Assembly (NCBI GenBank): GCA_051362555.1
Contig: CM120643.1
Span: forward strand, 17,612,848 to 17,676,847
Direction: 5' to 3'
Length of the DNA: 64,000 nt
From: Lingula anatina
Lineage: Eukaryota > Animalia > Brachiopoda
Shown here piece after piece: positions 1 to 13,521 of the stretch; the stretch's first letter is position 1; each line of letters begins with the position of its first letter. A model generated the notes under the pieces. That model did no database searches and was not told the DNA's origin. It saw nothing but the letters and a program-made list of their open reading frames with translations. The translations under genes and the position numbers were made by a program.

Positions 1-1801
1 ATCACATAAAACCGCACATAATGCTCTAAAAGCATCGAAATCCAAGAGATAATCGTTTAAAGCATATATCTTACACCAGCAGCATAATTTAAGAAACCGC
101 CATGGCAAGCGAAATAGAATATCGAAGATTTTACTTTAAAAATCGCTGCAAAATCCAAAAAAATATACTTGGGAAAATATAAAACATTCCAACATCCCCT
201 TCATCCTTCGATTTGAATCAGGAATCGATATTTGAAATGCCTAACTTTTATCTTGTTCAATATAAGACAATTATTTGCTAGTTGTTCGTTTCTTAGTATT
301 GCAGTACTAGATTTTGCCGGCCGTCAATTCTGTCGTCTTCTGGCGCACTCGCAGGCCTGAACCTGTTTTGGTTTTGTTACCGGGCGCACATGAGAAGGAT
401 GCAATGATCTGTTCCACAAAACGGCTTAGTCGAAAGACTATCGGCGTTTTAGCGAAGACCGGTGCGCTTTTTTGTCGACTGAGTTTCAACTCACAAGAGA
501 GAGAAAAAAGTACTTTCATTTTTTAGACCTTTTGACTATTAACCCCCTTAGAGCTAATTTGGAATGTTATGACGGTAGTTTGTCCTGTTTGTGGTGACAA
601 CAGCCATTTAGGTACGTCACCTTCAGTGGCACGAAGTGTGGGTCAATACATCTTTATCGCTCTTGGTCAATATATCGACATAACTTAGGCGGCTAAACGA
701 TGCCAAGGGTTCAAAATGCCAGACTTTTTCTCTTAGAAACAAGCCAATAGAGTTTAATGGCACGTATAACCGAAATTTACAGTAGTATCCGTTGCGGCAT
801 AGCTGCTGCATGTATGTTATTCCCTGTGCATCACTGACATTTACATAGGATAGATACCTTAACCAGGTATTGCATTCCATTAAAAGTTCTAAAATGTGTT
901 AGAACAGGTGGAAGCTTTCACAGGTAAAAAATAAAACCATTTAAAAGGTTTTCATGCTGTTACAACACGGGTAAAGCCAGGTTAGTGATAAAAGTACCGA
1001 TAGTCGACACGCTTTCTTGATTTTGCAACGTCTGGGCAGACGTTACGCTCTTGATTCCCTCCGTTAAAGATGGAAAATGCAATAAAACTTGTCATGTCCT
1101 TGAAGCTGCACGTGTTTGAACAGTTCTACGATGATAGATATATCTGTTGGTACAGTGGTTCTATTATGTTGTAAAAAAAAAGAATGACTGACAATTACAC
1201 ATGATGTATAGGTCTTGTTTTTCAATCTGTTCCATACCATTTAAACCCGAATAGCTGCATTAGCAAGAGCGAACGCCACGAAAAATTGTTGTCAGAGGTA
1301 CTGTTGATGTGCCTTGCAATCTCGCAATAATGATAACCAGGCACAGCTTTGGGAAATTACCTCTGAGATACGTTGGTAAAAGATTACAGAAAGGATTGGT
1401 GGTGCATGCGTCTTTTAATTATGTGTATATAATGGTCAATTATTTTTGAAGCTTACGAACCTTGAGATATAAACTATGAGGTACATAGGCAAACAACTGA
1501 AGAGATGAAATAATGTTACACTTAGCCTTTTGATAACTTTTTAGCACGGTCAATATACCGAGGGTCGGTACATGTTCGGATACATGAATTGTAACTCTCA
1601 ACTCTACAACTCTCAACTCTACAATAGACACGGAATGGCGGTAAAATTACAGACTTTTCCTCTTATCAACTTTCACCTAAACTCATTAGTGACAAGATTC
1701 TCGGAAAATAAAACCATACTGCTGATTATCTCGTAGTTGTGCAGTGCTCACGTATAATGTGGTCTACACGCGCTACTTGTTTTTGCATTAATTATATTTG
1801 T

Positions 1802-2020
1802 CATTGGCGAATCCAGGGTCTTGCTTGGGGGGGGAGGGCAAAGAAAAACATTTTTGTAGGGCCCAGATGCAGACAAATTTCTTGATTTTGTCTCTTTTGC
1901 TCGTCACATCTAAAATATATAGGGGGAGGAGAAGGCGGAGAAGGGAATAACCCCGACGCTTGGAGAAGGAGGGGGGGGGGGGAGGGCACGCGCCTGCAGT
2001 GCCTCCTGGATCCGCCATTG
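1802..2020. mobile_element. MITE with (G)GCGGATCCAGG-type TIRs and G-rich interior
   Basis: CATTGGCGAATCCAGG vs reverse complement CAATGGCGGATCCAGG (14/16); flanks TTTGT / TTTAT (4/5, possible decayed 5-bp TSD). Confidence 0.65.
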
Positions 2021-3739
2021 TTTATGTCATATATTGGGGGTAATTTGAATTGATCACCAGTTACTGATGATGTTCAGACATGCGTCACATCAATCAGACT
2101 GTTATGCTGTGTCATATGTAACCATGGTATACTAAATGGATTAATGGGAGGATGGGGATGATTTGAAAGATTAGGCCTACACTACCTGTGTTGTCTTTCT
2201 TTCTTTCTGTTTTTCCTTTTGTCGCTTGTTCATTCGTTCCATTTTTCAATCTCTTTATTTGGTCGTCCGCCTGGTCCTTTATTTTTTTTTTAAACTCAAG
2301 ACTCTAGTCCTTCCCTTTTTTTATTCTTTAGCTTAAAAAGCTGTAACTTAAAATGTTTTTTCATATAGAGGTTAAGATGATTAAGTCAGTATTTCCCCTG
2401 CTTGTTCTGTATCTCTCTCTTTCTTTACATCTCGCTTGAACATGATGCTCTGATATAGTAATAATTATGTGTCAAAATTTCAAATTTAAATTTGGATATC
2501 TCTTCTAATAATTATAAATATTATCATATTATAATAATTATTAGTTTACGTAAACACGGAATAACCCGAGGCCTAGCTTGTCGTCTGTGTGGTCGGTAAG
2601 TGCTTCCCTTTGATTGCACGGCTGCACTTTTTTTTGTATTTACCTTTAAAGGGATGAAAGAGTCGAGGACACACTTAATATAGCCAATCTCCGTACTAAC
2701 ACTGACTTCGCTGAGGCTAAATTCGGGTTTTTTTCTGTAGGCAAAAATAAAATAGCAAAATACTATCAACTTTCCAAACATGTGGCCATACATGTACATG
2801 CCAAACATCGTATGCTTCACTGCCACTTTTAAATATTGAACATGAAAGACGCCCGATTCCTTTTCGCACAAACTAGTTATTAAGTGATATTTAAGATGTT
2901 TTAAGAAAATTTTTAAGTTTTTAGTCATGCACCAAAGTTGTCTACCGCGGATGTCTTACCTAGCACAAATCTGCGTCACAATTCTTCTTTTAAAACTGAT
3001 CGGGTTAAAATATTATCTAAACAGTTTTTAATGATTCATGAATTTACACAAACAGGTAAATTATATGAGAGGATGTAGAAAATATCTACTTCTCAGCCAG
3101 CTAAGGCTCGCTGGATATAACTTTCGGTGAAAACGTTTGTCATTACGTAGTACCATTTATCTCATTAAGAGCTTTGGAAATATACACAGTAATTATGCAA
3201 TGCCACACGGTGCCAATTTCAATTTGAATCAGAATCAGCTCAATCTCCACGGCAGCGCAAATAGACCAGCCTTGTGCCTCAGAGATTCACGGCCAATACT
3301 TAGACCAACATTTAGTCCAAATACACCTTTGACTGTGCTTTAATTTAAGAAACTGAAGTGGGTCATAAATTTGACGTCACACTTTCAAATACCACGTGAC
3401 TGACTTTGACGGTAAAGCGCATACCAGAAAGTTAATTATATATGAAACATGCCGTATATAGTATTTGCTGTGTGGCTGTGAAAGTAAGTCTCGGAATAAT
3501 TAATGTCACCGTGTAAGAGAAGAACCTGAAGATTGGGTAAAGTATATCCCCTTTACAATATTTTTATTTTTATAATAAGTTTTATTTTGTGTAATTTTCT
3601 AAAACCAAAATTGAATTTTTCTTGACGTAGTGCCCGTACTGTTTGTGTGTGTGTATTACTGGTGGAATTATAAGGCCAAACATGGTACACATATAAGATT
3701 TTTTGTATCTTTTAAGGTGACGGTCGTGCCAACGATAGA

Positions 3740-3748
3740 TCTCTCTCT

Positions 3749-3803
<55 letters not shown>
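3740..3803. repeat. Compound (CT)n(CA)n microsatellite
   Basis: Direct reading. Confidence 0.95.
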
Positions 3804-3805
<2 letters not shown>

Positions 3806-4643
3806 TGTTAATATTTGCCGGACTACCGACCAAAGAGGTCATGATATAATGACTTCTGTATGACTGAAGCCCAATATAGACAATGTAATTATTATCATCC
3901 CCACTCTCACTCTCTATATAATTATAAAGCAAATGTATATCATCTCGCTTTCGCGTGCCCATTTGTCAGGGTATTTGTCATCATTGGTACAGTTATTGTG
4001 ACAAGAGGTCGACCCATCCACTGCAGTGTTAAATAGTGTAGATGCCTTAACATATGGACTTTGTCCATGAATTCCTGGGCATTGTTAACCAATGTAGTTT
4101 ACCTTTAACGATGGGGAATGATGCTGATGCGTACACACATGTTACGCCAAGTTTACAGCTGCTACAAAGTGAAAAGGGGTATATATATTGTAGCTAACAA
4201 CGTCAATGTAAGGACGCAGGTAGGACGTATAAAACATGCACGCTCGGGCGCGCGAGGGTGGGAGCGCGTGTGTGTGTGTCTTTGTATATGTTCAATACTT
4301 AATTGATTTATACATGTGTATAACATAAGTTTGTACATAAGTTAACGGATAATAATATACATGCATGAAATATATGTCTTAGAAATGGACAGTAATACAC
4401 ACTGTAGCTGTCGTAGATCGGGGTTGTTGCTGCAAAATTCATACTGTGATAAGTTCAATTAAAAAAGATACGATAGTCAGAAGTTAGTAAGTCCCAATAC
4501 CAAGTTATACGTGTACTCGTGTATGTTAACTTAATAGTCAGATGACAGTGACAAGTATTATGATCGCTTCCAGCCAAATGTCCCATATCATCTTAACTGA
4601 CACAAAGAGCGGTTTTTATTTATGGGTAAATATGCATTGCTAC

Positions 4644-4668
4644 ATCTATCTATCTATCTATCTATCTA
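4644..4668. repeat. (TCTA)n microsatellite
   Basis: Direct reading. Confidence 0.85.
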
Positions 4669-5772
4669 TTTTTATATTTTTGGGTTTTAAATGCCCATTG
4701 TACCGTTGCTATTAATATCCACAACAAAGTAGAAACTCATATTTAAAAAAACAAGACGTGTTCGAGGTTGGTGATAAAAAGAGTTGGATTTTCCAGAAAA
4801 ATTAGACGTTTGATAATATAAATCTAACGCTCCCAATGTGTCTATAATGGTAAAATGAATGAAAATGCTGGACGCAGTGAGGGACACGTACTATCAGGAT
4901 GTGATTTTAAAACTATTTCCGTCCACATATTTAACACCCTGATAATCGAAGCACTGGCGGTGAAACTGATAACCAAACAGCAAGGTTCTTTTTTTTTTTT
5001 TTTCAGGAAGGGGGTGGTGTTTTACACGTATCGCGTAATGAGCAGTTTTATAATTACAAATCCTTTTTTACTACTTTGAAGAACTTACCAATACTAAAAA
5101 GCAAGTATAGCCTAGATGCTTCACTATTACATGTATCTCTGTCCTCAAAAAAGTGACAAGTTCAGCGATAAGATCCAATTACTATAATTTCATGAGAAGT
5201 ATGTTTACAAACAAGAAGCAACATGCTTAGAGTGCTGCAATGTACATTCTCTGCGGTTCTGGTGCCAGAAAATACTTCTTGTCCGAACTATTAGTCTTAA
5301 CTTATAGACAAAAATAGCAGTCTACTTTGACCCAAGTACAATTAGTAGTAGTCCCATAAAACATTGCACCTATTTTATTTAAAAAAACAAAAATGCATGG
5401 TCTACGTTTTAAACAAATACGAACTTTTTAATTAAACTTTTAATTAAATTCAGATAACTACAAATTTATCCTGACCAAATATAAGCTGTAAAAGTTAATA
5501 CCAATTTTCGGTTATATTCTGAACTGTGTTCAAAATATGACAAAAGTTGGCTCGATACCGGTCCTTAGAGGATCTTGTCCCAACGCACCTTACGATGGCC
5601 CTTACAAGTGTAAGATTAATTGGAAGGTTATCTGGGTGACTGGGGCGGAAATACTGAAAATTGTTAGAAAATAAACAAGGTTAATGCCGACAGCCCTGAT
5701 GGCTCACTTTAACAATTTTGAGATAGATCCATTGCCTTGAGATGGGCTGATCGATCATTGAAAACAGATCTG

Positions 5773-5776
<4 letters not shown>

Positions 5777-5804
<28 letters not shown>
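5777..5804. repeat. (TC)n microsatellite
   Basis: Direct reading. Confidence 0.9.
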
Positions 5805-5808
<4 letters not shown>

Positions 5809-8746
5809 GAAAAAAAAAAATCTATAAAATTTCTTACTCACGAATTCACTACTCGGACCGTCTCTGCACTTGGATGCGATATTTTGTGTCATTTTTACTT
5901 AAGTAATTTAGTTCCAAATATTTCCTGGGTCATTTAAGGTCATTTTGACCGCTATTTTTCCCTGACGTAAATTTCGATATCACGGACTTTTATTTGAGTT
6001 TTTTTTTTTTTTTTTTTTTTCATTTTGAAAAGCTAAATAAGAAAAGACGAGTAGCTTTGATTTATTTTCGGACATTTTCATATTCGCACAGTATGCCTTT
6101 AAATTCAACGCGGGTCATGAAGCGATTAGGTCGAGAATTACCCATGAAATTACATGTACATGTGTAAACACAACGGCATGGCACTGCTTTCGAAAGACGT
6201 ACCGGTTGAGAGGGCCATTCGAATTAAAGGTTACGCCACCAGACAGAGAGAAAACAGCTGCCAATTTATAGACGTAATGCCTTGCTGGTGATTATTCAAG
6301 ACAGCCATGCGTAAAATAATATTCTAAGTGATGCGATTTATTCTTCGATGCTTCCGACACGGATTCAGTCGACTGCAAGCACATTTTTCGGTACGCTCTT
6401 TGAATGGAAAACATTTACTGAGCAAGGAGACAAGACTTCAGACGTATTATGTTAAACGATGTCAGTATTGTAACAGGTGTAAAAAAACAGGTTTTGTGAT
6501 TTTGGTATATTTTAACATCAAAGTACAAGTGCATGTATTTGTCATACATGTATTCAGGTTGTTGATACTGGATGATAAATAAATGAAATATTTAATAAAT
6601 AAATAAATAAATAAAGATAAAGATATTTGCGAAATGTCCGAACGGTATGTTGTATAATGATTGGTCTGTTTCAGCGAAAAGACGCATTTTCCCGATACAG
6701 TAAATCGATGCTAATGTAGCGCATTTTCTGTGAAAGCACGAGCATTTTTTGTTCTGCACATTTGATGGAGACTAGTTTGTATTGACAGCTATCTGAACAC
6801 TGCCTGACAAAGAACAGTAGGATTTTAAGTTAGCCTGTTACGTGCATCCATTATGGGCACCACAAATAATTCAAAACAACGAATGTCTGTCGTCTGCTGT
6901 GACAATGACTTTGAAATGATTGATCATTTCCTCCGTTCCTGTTTCAGAGTTCCTCGATTTAATTAGAAAATCGTTTCGTGACGACACGAATGAATTTGTA
7001 AAGTCGAAGTGTGGTTAAGAGGGTATTTGTACTGTTGGATAACCTTTCCATGAAGATGAGTAGGTGTGTTTTCTTGCAAATTTGTTCACTAGATACACAT
7101 TGCAGAAGGCTGTGTAATCTCTAGGTAATTGCTTGTATCGGTTAAGCGTTTTTAATCTTTAAATCAGTTGAGTTGAAATTGATCTTCCAAAGGTCAGTTA
7201 ACGAACGTTGCACAGCGTCACCTTTGCAGACGAGACAGGCGGATTTCAGCTATCGCTTCCTTACAATTGGCACTGCAAATGCAAACTGCTTTTTGGGTTG
7301 CGGAGATAATTTAGGTAAATTTCAAGAAGGAGATATTGTAAATATGTTTTAAGAGGAGATTGATTCGTCTCAAACACTTTCTAGACAGTCCTAAATATGT
7401 GGTGCACACATTTAGAAGTGGCATTTTGATGTTAGGCATGAAGTTTTCTTTCGGGTATTTCATAGCGTTTTTCATTTTTTATTTCATTACATTTCATTTG
7501 ATTTCATTTAAACAATTTTATTCATTAACTAATTTTTCATTTTGAATCATTTGTAACCTTTTTTAAGAGAGAGAGAGAAACTTTTGCCGACTATGACTGA
7601 TAACCGATAGATGGCGCAGCGATACCCAAGACTTTGCAAGGCCTGTTGAGGTCACTGGTTTACAGGAAATACGAAGTTCGCATCAATCAATTTTTATCTT
7701 TCAGATTAAATGAAGGCGAAGCACTAACCGGGTGAGGACCAGATGCATTCAAAGAGGGCAACCCTTAGAAGGAAATTCTACGACCTTAATACACAGGTTA
7801 TTTATCCAAGTTATACAAAAAGTCTTTTTAAAGCAGAATTGCTAGATTGAATCCAGCCAGGGAACCGCAGGCTTTTGTTCTCATTCCAAGGGAAATCGTA
7901 AGATAGAAGTTGGCAGTTACAGGAACTTTGGAACTCTAAGTGGAAGAAACTACAAAAAAATAGGAGGAAAAAAAACAAGAATAAGTACGCAAAAAAGTTT
8001 TATAGATCACATAGTCCAGTAGAACCTTAATTGCTCGCAACTAGCCATTTTAAGTATCATTTATTGTTAAACCGTTCTTTATCTGCAGGGTTTGGATTCA
8101 TTAGGCTACACACGGACGGGAAACAGTTTACGCTCTGAATGAACTAATCTTCGGTGTATGGATTTGAATTCCACATCACTTATTCGAGCCATGGACTCCA
8201 TCGCTCTGTTATAACAAGTAAGGACAAGAACGACGACTCGAGGCATTGAAAATGAAGAGCTACGGGGTCTCCTGAAAACATTGCCATTTATGTGCGATTC
8301 AGTTGTAACAAAAACCTGTACAGTTGTAAGTAGAAATCACTGCACAATAGCACGAAAACTGAACTGAAAAGTAACATATCGCATGTTTGCAAAAGTGTTC
8401 TAAAGAAATACGCAAACGAAACAAAAATTTCCGCAAACTTTACATTCGTTTCTTTTGGGAAAAGAGTATTCGATACTGGAGCAGTTAGCCAGAGAACTGC
8501 CACTAAAACATTGCACCGAAAATAACGTTTGTTAAAAGTGGAACACAATCCGCTATTAACGTCAGAGATTATTTTCAGTAAATCGCAAAGTGTGCGAAAA
8601 GACGCGAGCGTCAGGAACGTGTGTAAAAGACACCAGAAAGAAACCAAACTCTTTTAACTCAAACAGTTAACCCTAGGACCTATAACGCTAACGCAAATTA
8701 AGGTAAGGGGCTATAAAACCAGAAATCTGCCAAGGCATTCGCTACC

Positions 8747-9853
8747 ATGGAGAACCTCACTAATAACAGCAATGTCATTGACTGCCCTCGCGCATATACA
8801 GCAGACGACACCAAAGCGGTCGTGCCTGTTATTCTGGTCTGTATTTGTTTCGTTGGAGTCGTTGGTAACATGGGCGTTATCTACGTCGTCTACAAATTTC
8901 GCCAGATGAATCCACTGTTCCTGAATTTAGCTGTGGCAGACCTTCTGTTCAGTCTCTTCGCATTGCCGATTTACTCCGCTTTCTACGCAACGAAGCATAC
9001 AATTCTCATAGGAGACTTCACGTGTAAGATTCTCTACTATTTGACATACGTCACCATGGGCGTCAGCATCTATTCTCTAGTGGCTATTTGTCTGCTCAGA
9101 TATTTCGGGATTAAATACCCGATCCACATAAGAACCATGCTGGGGCGTGGTACATCGTACAAAGCGGCAGGGGTCACATGGTTGGTCATGTTACTTCTGA
9201 ACATCCCGATTTTGATTCTGATGACAGAGCAAGGTGGCAGGACCTGTGCACTTCGTTCTGGAGAGATTTACTTATACTATATCTACGTGGTAGTGGTGAG
9301 TGGTGTCGACTTTATAGTGCCGGCTATTATCATTGCCATTTTATCAACGTTTATTATCATACATGTGTTGCACATACAAAAGGAGCAGCGACACCTATCG
9401 GAGTTTGAAAAAGATGGATTTCACAGGGCGTCCAAACGTGCCACAAAGAGGCTAATGCTGTTGGTGATTCTCGTTTTCAGCCTTTTTATCGTCTGTTGGG
9501 CCCCAATGCATGTGCTATTTTTGCGTTTGGTTTTAAACATGGGCGTAGCAGACGACCGCCCTTGTATTTGGAAACAAGTTACCGATTACGCATTTTTGAT
9601 TGCTCAGATGCTCGCGTTCTGTAACTCCAGTCTCAATCCTATACTCTACAACTTTGTGTCGAAGAAATTTCGAATGACATTTTCGAGGGCCCTGTGTCCA
9701 CTTTACTATAAGGAGAAAAACGAGGAGAATACCACTGATATTTCACGAAGGATGACCATCTCGTATCGCACAGACGCCGATATTGATGCCTCAGAGAGTG
9801 CCTACCAACTGGCGCCCCTGAGACCGCTTAACTCATTAATAAAAAAGAACTGA
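8747..9853 (+). CDS. Single-exon class A (rhodopsin-like) peptide GPCR, galanin/allatostatin-A receptor-like, 368 aa
   Basis: Seen: seven hydrophobic segments; TM1 GVVGN, TM2 NLAVADLL, ECL1-TM3 GDFTCK, TM3 end CLLRY, TM4 W, ECL2 Cys (RTC), TM6 FIVCWAPMH, TM7 NSSLNPILY, helix 8 FR; N-terminal NLT/NNS sequons; good Kozak context GCTACCATGG. The subfamily call is inference from motifs. Confidence 0.95.
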   Translation: MENLTNNSNVIDCPRAYTADDTKAVVPVILVCICFVGVVGNMGVIYVVYKFRQMNPLFLNLAVADLLFSLFALPIYSAFYATKHTILIGDFTCKILYYLTYVTMGVSIYSLVAICLLRYFGIKYPIHIRTMLGRGTSYKAAGVTWLVMLLLNIPILILMTEQGGRTCALRSGEIYLYYIYVVVVSGVDFIVPAIIIAILSTFIIIHVLHIQKEQRHLSEFEKDGFHRASKRATKRLMLLVILVFSLFIVCWAPMHVLFLRLVLNMGVADDRPCIWKQVTDYAFLIAQMLAFCNSSLNPILYNFVSKKFRMTFSRALCPLYYKEKNEENTTDISRRMTISYRTDADIDASESAYQLAPLRPLNSLIKKN

Positions 9854-12800
9854 TACCAAGAAGATACATATTTTAAGTAAATTAAGTATTTTAAGTAGAT
9901 AATTTAATAATACTTTATGATAAGTTGCCCGAACATTTAAAATGTTGCAAATGTAACTCGGTTACCGCTTACCTGGAACAAATCTTCATTTTTTTTCTTC
10001 TTTGTTTTTTTCTTCGCAGAACTTTTCCGGTCCCCTATGTATCCGATTTATGCAGAGTGCATTGCAGTAAAAAAATACCTCTGTAACTGTTCAAAAGTGT
10101 GTATGGTGACATAAGCGCCGTTCTTAATTGCGTTGAGACAACGAGCCAATTCAATTTCGATTTTTAAAGTTTAACATATCCGAAGACGGAATTGTAATGT
10201 AGAGCGAGAAGCGAGGGCAGTGCCCACATTCCAGTATTAATTACCATGTCCATGTTCAAACATATTTGATTTAGTTTTGCTTCAGAAAGCACATTTTAGT
10301 CTGGTGTAATGCGGGTGAAATGAACTTTTTTTCTTTTTTCTTATCTTAAAGGAACCTCATGACACGTGACATGTTTTTCGTTGTTCATTATTGCTTGTAC
10401 AATATCTATATAACGTTCTGGGTATCATTTTCATTATTATGATTATTACTATGTCATTACACTAAACGTTTAAGTTCTGTATAAGTATTTAATTTCCAGA
10501 TGTTACGTGAATATATGTCTCTGCAAAGTTGACATCTTGATATAGTATAGAGATATACTGGGGTAGATGAAGATTTGGCATATAAACATTTTTTGTGCTT
10601 GGACTCTTGTATCGGAAATCTATCAGATGTAAGCTCGCGTTTGAACGGTGTAACATGGAATAACATGAGAAAAATATATCGGTGCTTGTTCTTTACCGTG
10701 ACAAACTTGTTGTGAAGTCATGGTGACACGCTTTCATGTAAAAATATTTACTCTTATTGTTTACTTTTTTATTGATGCAAATATATTCAAAACAAGTATG
10801 TTCCAGCTATCTTTAACTTTCCCCTGTTTGTTTATATTATAACGTTACAGACTCTTTAAATTACATTCTTAAGAGTTCATATTGGATGTTGATTTGATGT
10901 TGTTCAGGAGATAAATTTTGTGCAAATACACTCAAAGGCGTTATTATTATTTTTTGAAGGTAGTGTATATCATTTATGAGGCAGCAAGTTGAAAGATCAA
11001 ATACATAACTTTTGGATTTCATAGCAAGACGAGAGAGTACCCTGCGTTCAGTGTTTACTGGTGAATCTAGCTTCTACATTGTATAATCAACATGCCTCGA
11101 TTGTCTGTAATCACTCAGTTCCTGTAAATAGTGATAATCAGAGTGGCGCTATATTGGAATGCGCCTAATTTGGCGTTATGAAGTCCCCTTGTTTAGTCTT
11201 ATTAATTTAAATGTACTATGTAATAAACTATATGTAAGGGATTACTAAGCGAATCAAAGCAACACTTACATTTGCAATAAGATTACGTTTTTACCTATGA
11301 ACAATATCAACTTAATTTGAAAGATTTTTTTATGATCTCAATATCCTGAATGAAATAACGCTAAATGACTTTTGAACTATCAAATTGCTCAAGGATTATT
11401 ATGTATCTTAAAGGCAAACATGGCACAACATTATCGTGCAGTATTCAGGTTTACACTGTTCAGCACTGTAAAACGACAAGTTGGTAATTAAAGGCGATAA
11501 ATCAGACCTATTGAATATCAAATACTTTCCGGATCAAACTGTTCAAAAAGAACAGTCCGAGTCCAAAGTTCTGAAAAAGATCTGACATGCCGGTCAAACT
11601 GATTTTATCTGATTTTATTCTTTATCCGCGCTTCACTCCACTACCACATCTCGATAAAACCAAACGCATATTATTGTCAACAAGACATCTAATCGATCGC
11701 TTTATTAGATAAAAGATTGCTTGAACAGTCCGGCATTACAAAACGGCCTCTTGGGGAGCTCGTTAGGTTTTCGCGCCAATAAGCTTTTAGAGTCTTACCC
11801 CTACTTTCGCAAGGTCGCTGATTTAAATAGATTATATTACATTTGGGCAACGTTAGTGCTCAAAGTGCTGTGAAATGACAAATTGTGCATGGAATACGAG
11901 TCGGCGTGGAGGGTTACAGCAACACAAAATGCAAAACAATTTACCAGCCTAAAGCCACGAAGTCATAGATTAATAGGGAATTGGCCACAGAGCATTGTCT
12001 TAGAAACCTTTTTAAAAAACTCAACGTTGTTCGCACAAAATTGTACTTAAAAGCACATGAGAAAGTGGACCACGGTGATGTTTTCGACGTTATTAATGAT
12101 TAAGAAAGTTTTGATCTGAACTGAGTGACAACTACTGTGCTGACAATGGCCTAACAAGGCCAGTGGGATATTGAATATGGAGCAGGTCAATTGTCAGCGT
12201 TTCTGGTTACGGTTGCTCTCTTGGTCAATAATCATGTACGTAATTTTTTTAAAGATAATTTCCACCTTCATCCGAATGCAAATATTAATCAGAATAAATA
12301 TGAAAGGTTTTGGATTGGTTTTAAGGCAATGGCATTACGATCCAATATCTGGTGTTTTCACAATAATAAAAATGTGTATGAAATTTCTTACCGCGTATTT
12401 TAATAATTAAAATAATAAAAATGATACATTCACGAGCTTGGGCGAACGTGGATTTCCCACCACTAATACTTTCCATGTGCGTTTAGTTTCATATAGTTTG
12501 GTATAGCTTATTCAATATGACGTATTATTATTGATACAAGCAAATGGAGAATATAAAGAAAAGTGGCAGTGGTGACAGTCCTGTCTTTCGACATTTTCTT
12601 GATTGACGTATTTATTTTCCTTATTGAAGATATCGCTAGAGTGATTTCTCAACAGAGGCCATTAACAGATTGTTTTTTCATGGTAAAATGTATACTTTCA
12701 GAAACAATCAGCCTAAATCGAGAGTCTAATTAAGGGGAAAGGGGAATTACTATTGCGCCTAGATTGGAAACCACAGCTTTCAAATGAAATTAAGAACCAA

Positions 12801-13260
12801 CAGGTGGTTTTCGTTTCTTCACGGACTGAAGTTTCTTAAGGAGTGTATACGTGTTTACGGTTTTGCTGATTACGTTATAACAGCGCTTTGGGGCTGACAT
12901 GTAAATTGTGGTTTTGTCACTTTAGCATTGATTGAATTAAATATAACTTCCGTTTCTTTGGTGCAGCAAATCGTTTGGAAGGACTACAATCGGTACCTTG
13001 ATTTTAATTTACTCATGGGGGTGGGGTGGTTCAGATTATATCGTTTTGTTTGAAGAAGTCACAGTTTATTTATTGGTTTTTACTGTACATGGGTTCAAGA
13101 CTCCATGGATTTGAACAACCCCGGGTAAGACAACGATTTATGTCCAAAACCCCCTTTTATCACTCTCCAATCTAGAAAATTCACACAATTATTTTACGAT
13201 ACCGCGGATGACAATCTTGTGATATTCAAGTGACATATAAGAAAGAACATAATTAATGCC

Positions 13261-13521
13261 TTTCTTACAGCGTGCTTATTGATATTAGAAACACCCCTTC
13301 TTTTATAGTTGAATCGTCACTCCCATTTGTATTACAAAGAACGTAATCTCCGAAGTTATCCTGACGCCCGGGTTTAGCTTGTATTTTCTCACTGCATCCA
13401 TTATTGATATTTGAAACATCCCTTCTTTTAAAGTCGAGTTGTCACTCCCATATGTATTACAAAGAACTCAATGTCTGCAGTTTTTAACTTGTACTTTCTT
13501 ACGGCGTCCATTATCGATATT
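13261..13521. repeat. Diverged tandem repeat, about 110-125 bp, two and a bit copies
   Basis: TTATTGATATT.GAAACA.CCCTTCTTTTA...GTCACTCCCAT.TGTATTACAAAGAAC occurs twice, and a third unit starts near 13495. Confidence 0.75.

Noticed and set aside
1-550. Possible right end of a Kolobok-like DNA element
   Set aside because: The other end would lie outside the window and there is no clean TTAA; not supportable here.
569-690. Short ORF with CPVCGD, like the first zinc finger of nuclear receptors
   Set aside because: No following HYG..CxxC and no compatible downstream exon found; likely chance.
9950-10070. Strong acceptor-like tract (ends 10019) downstream of the GPCR stop
   Set aside because: The GPCR ORF is already complete, and the context resembles a decayed pogo-type MITE with a poly-T run.
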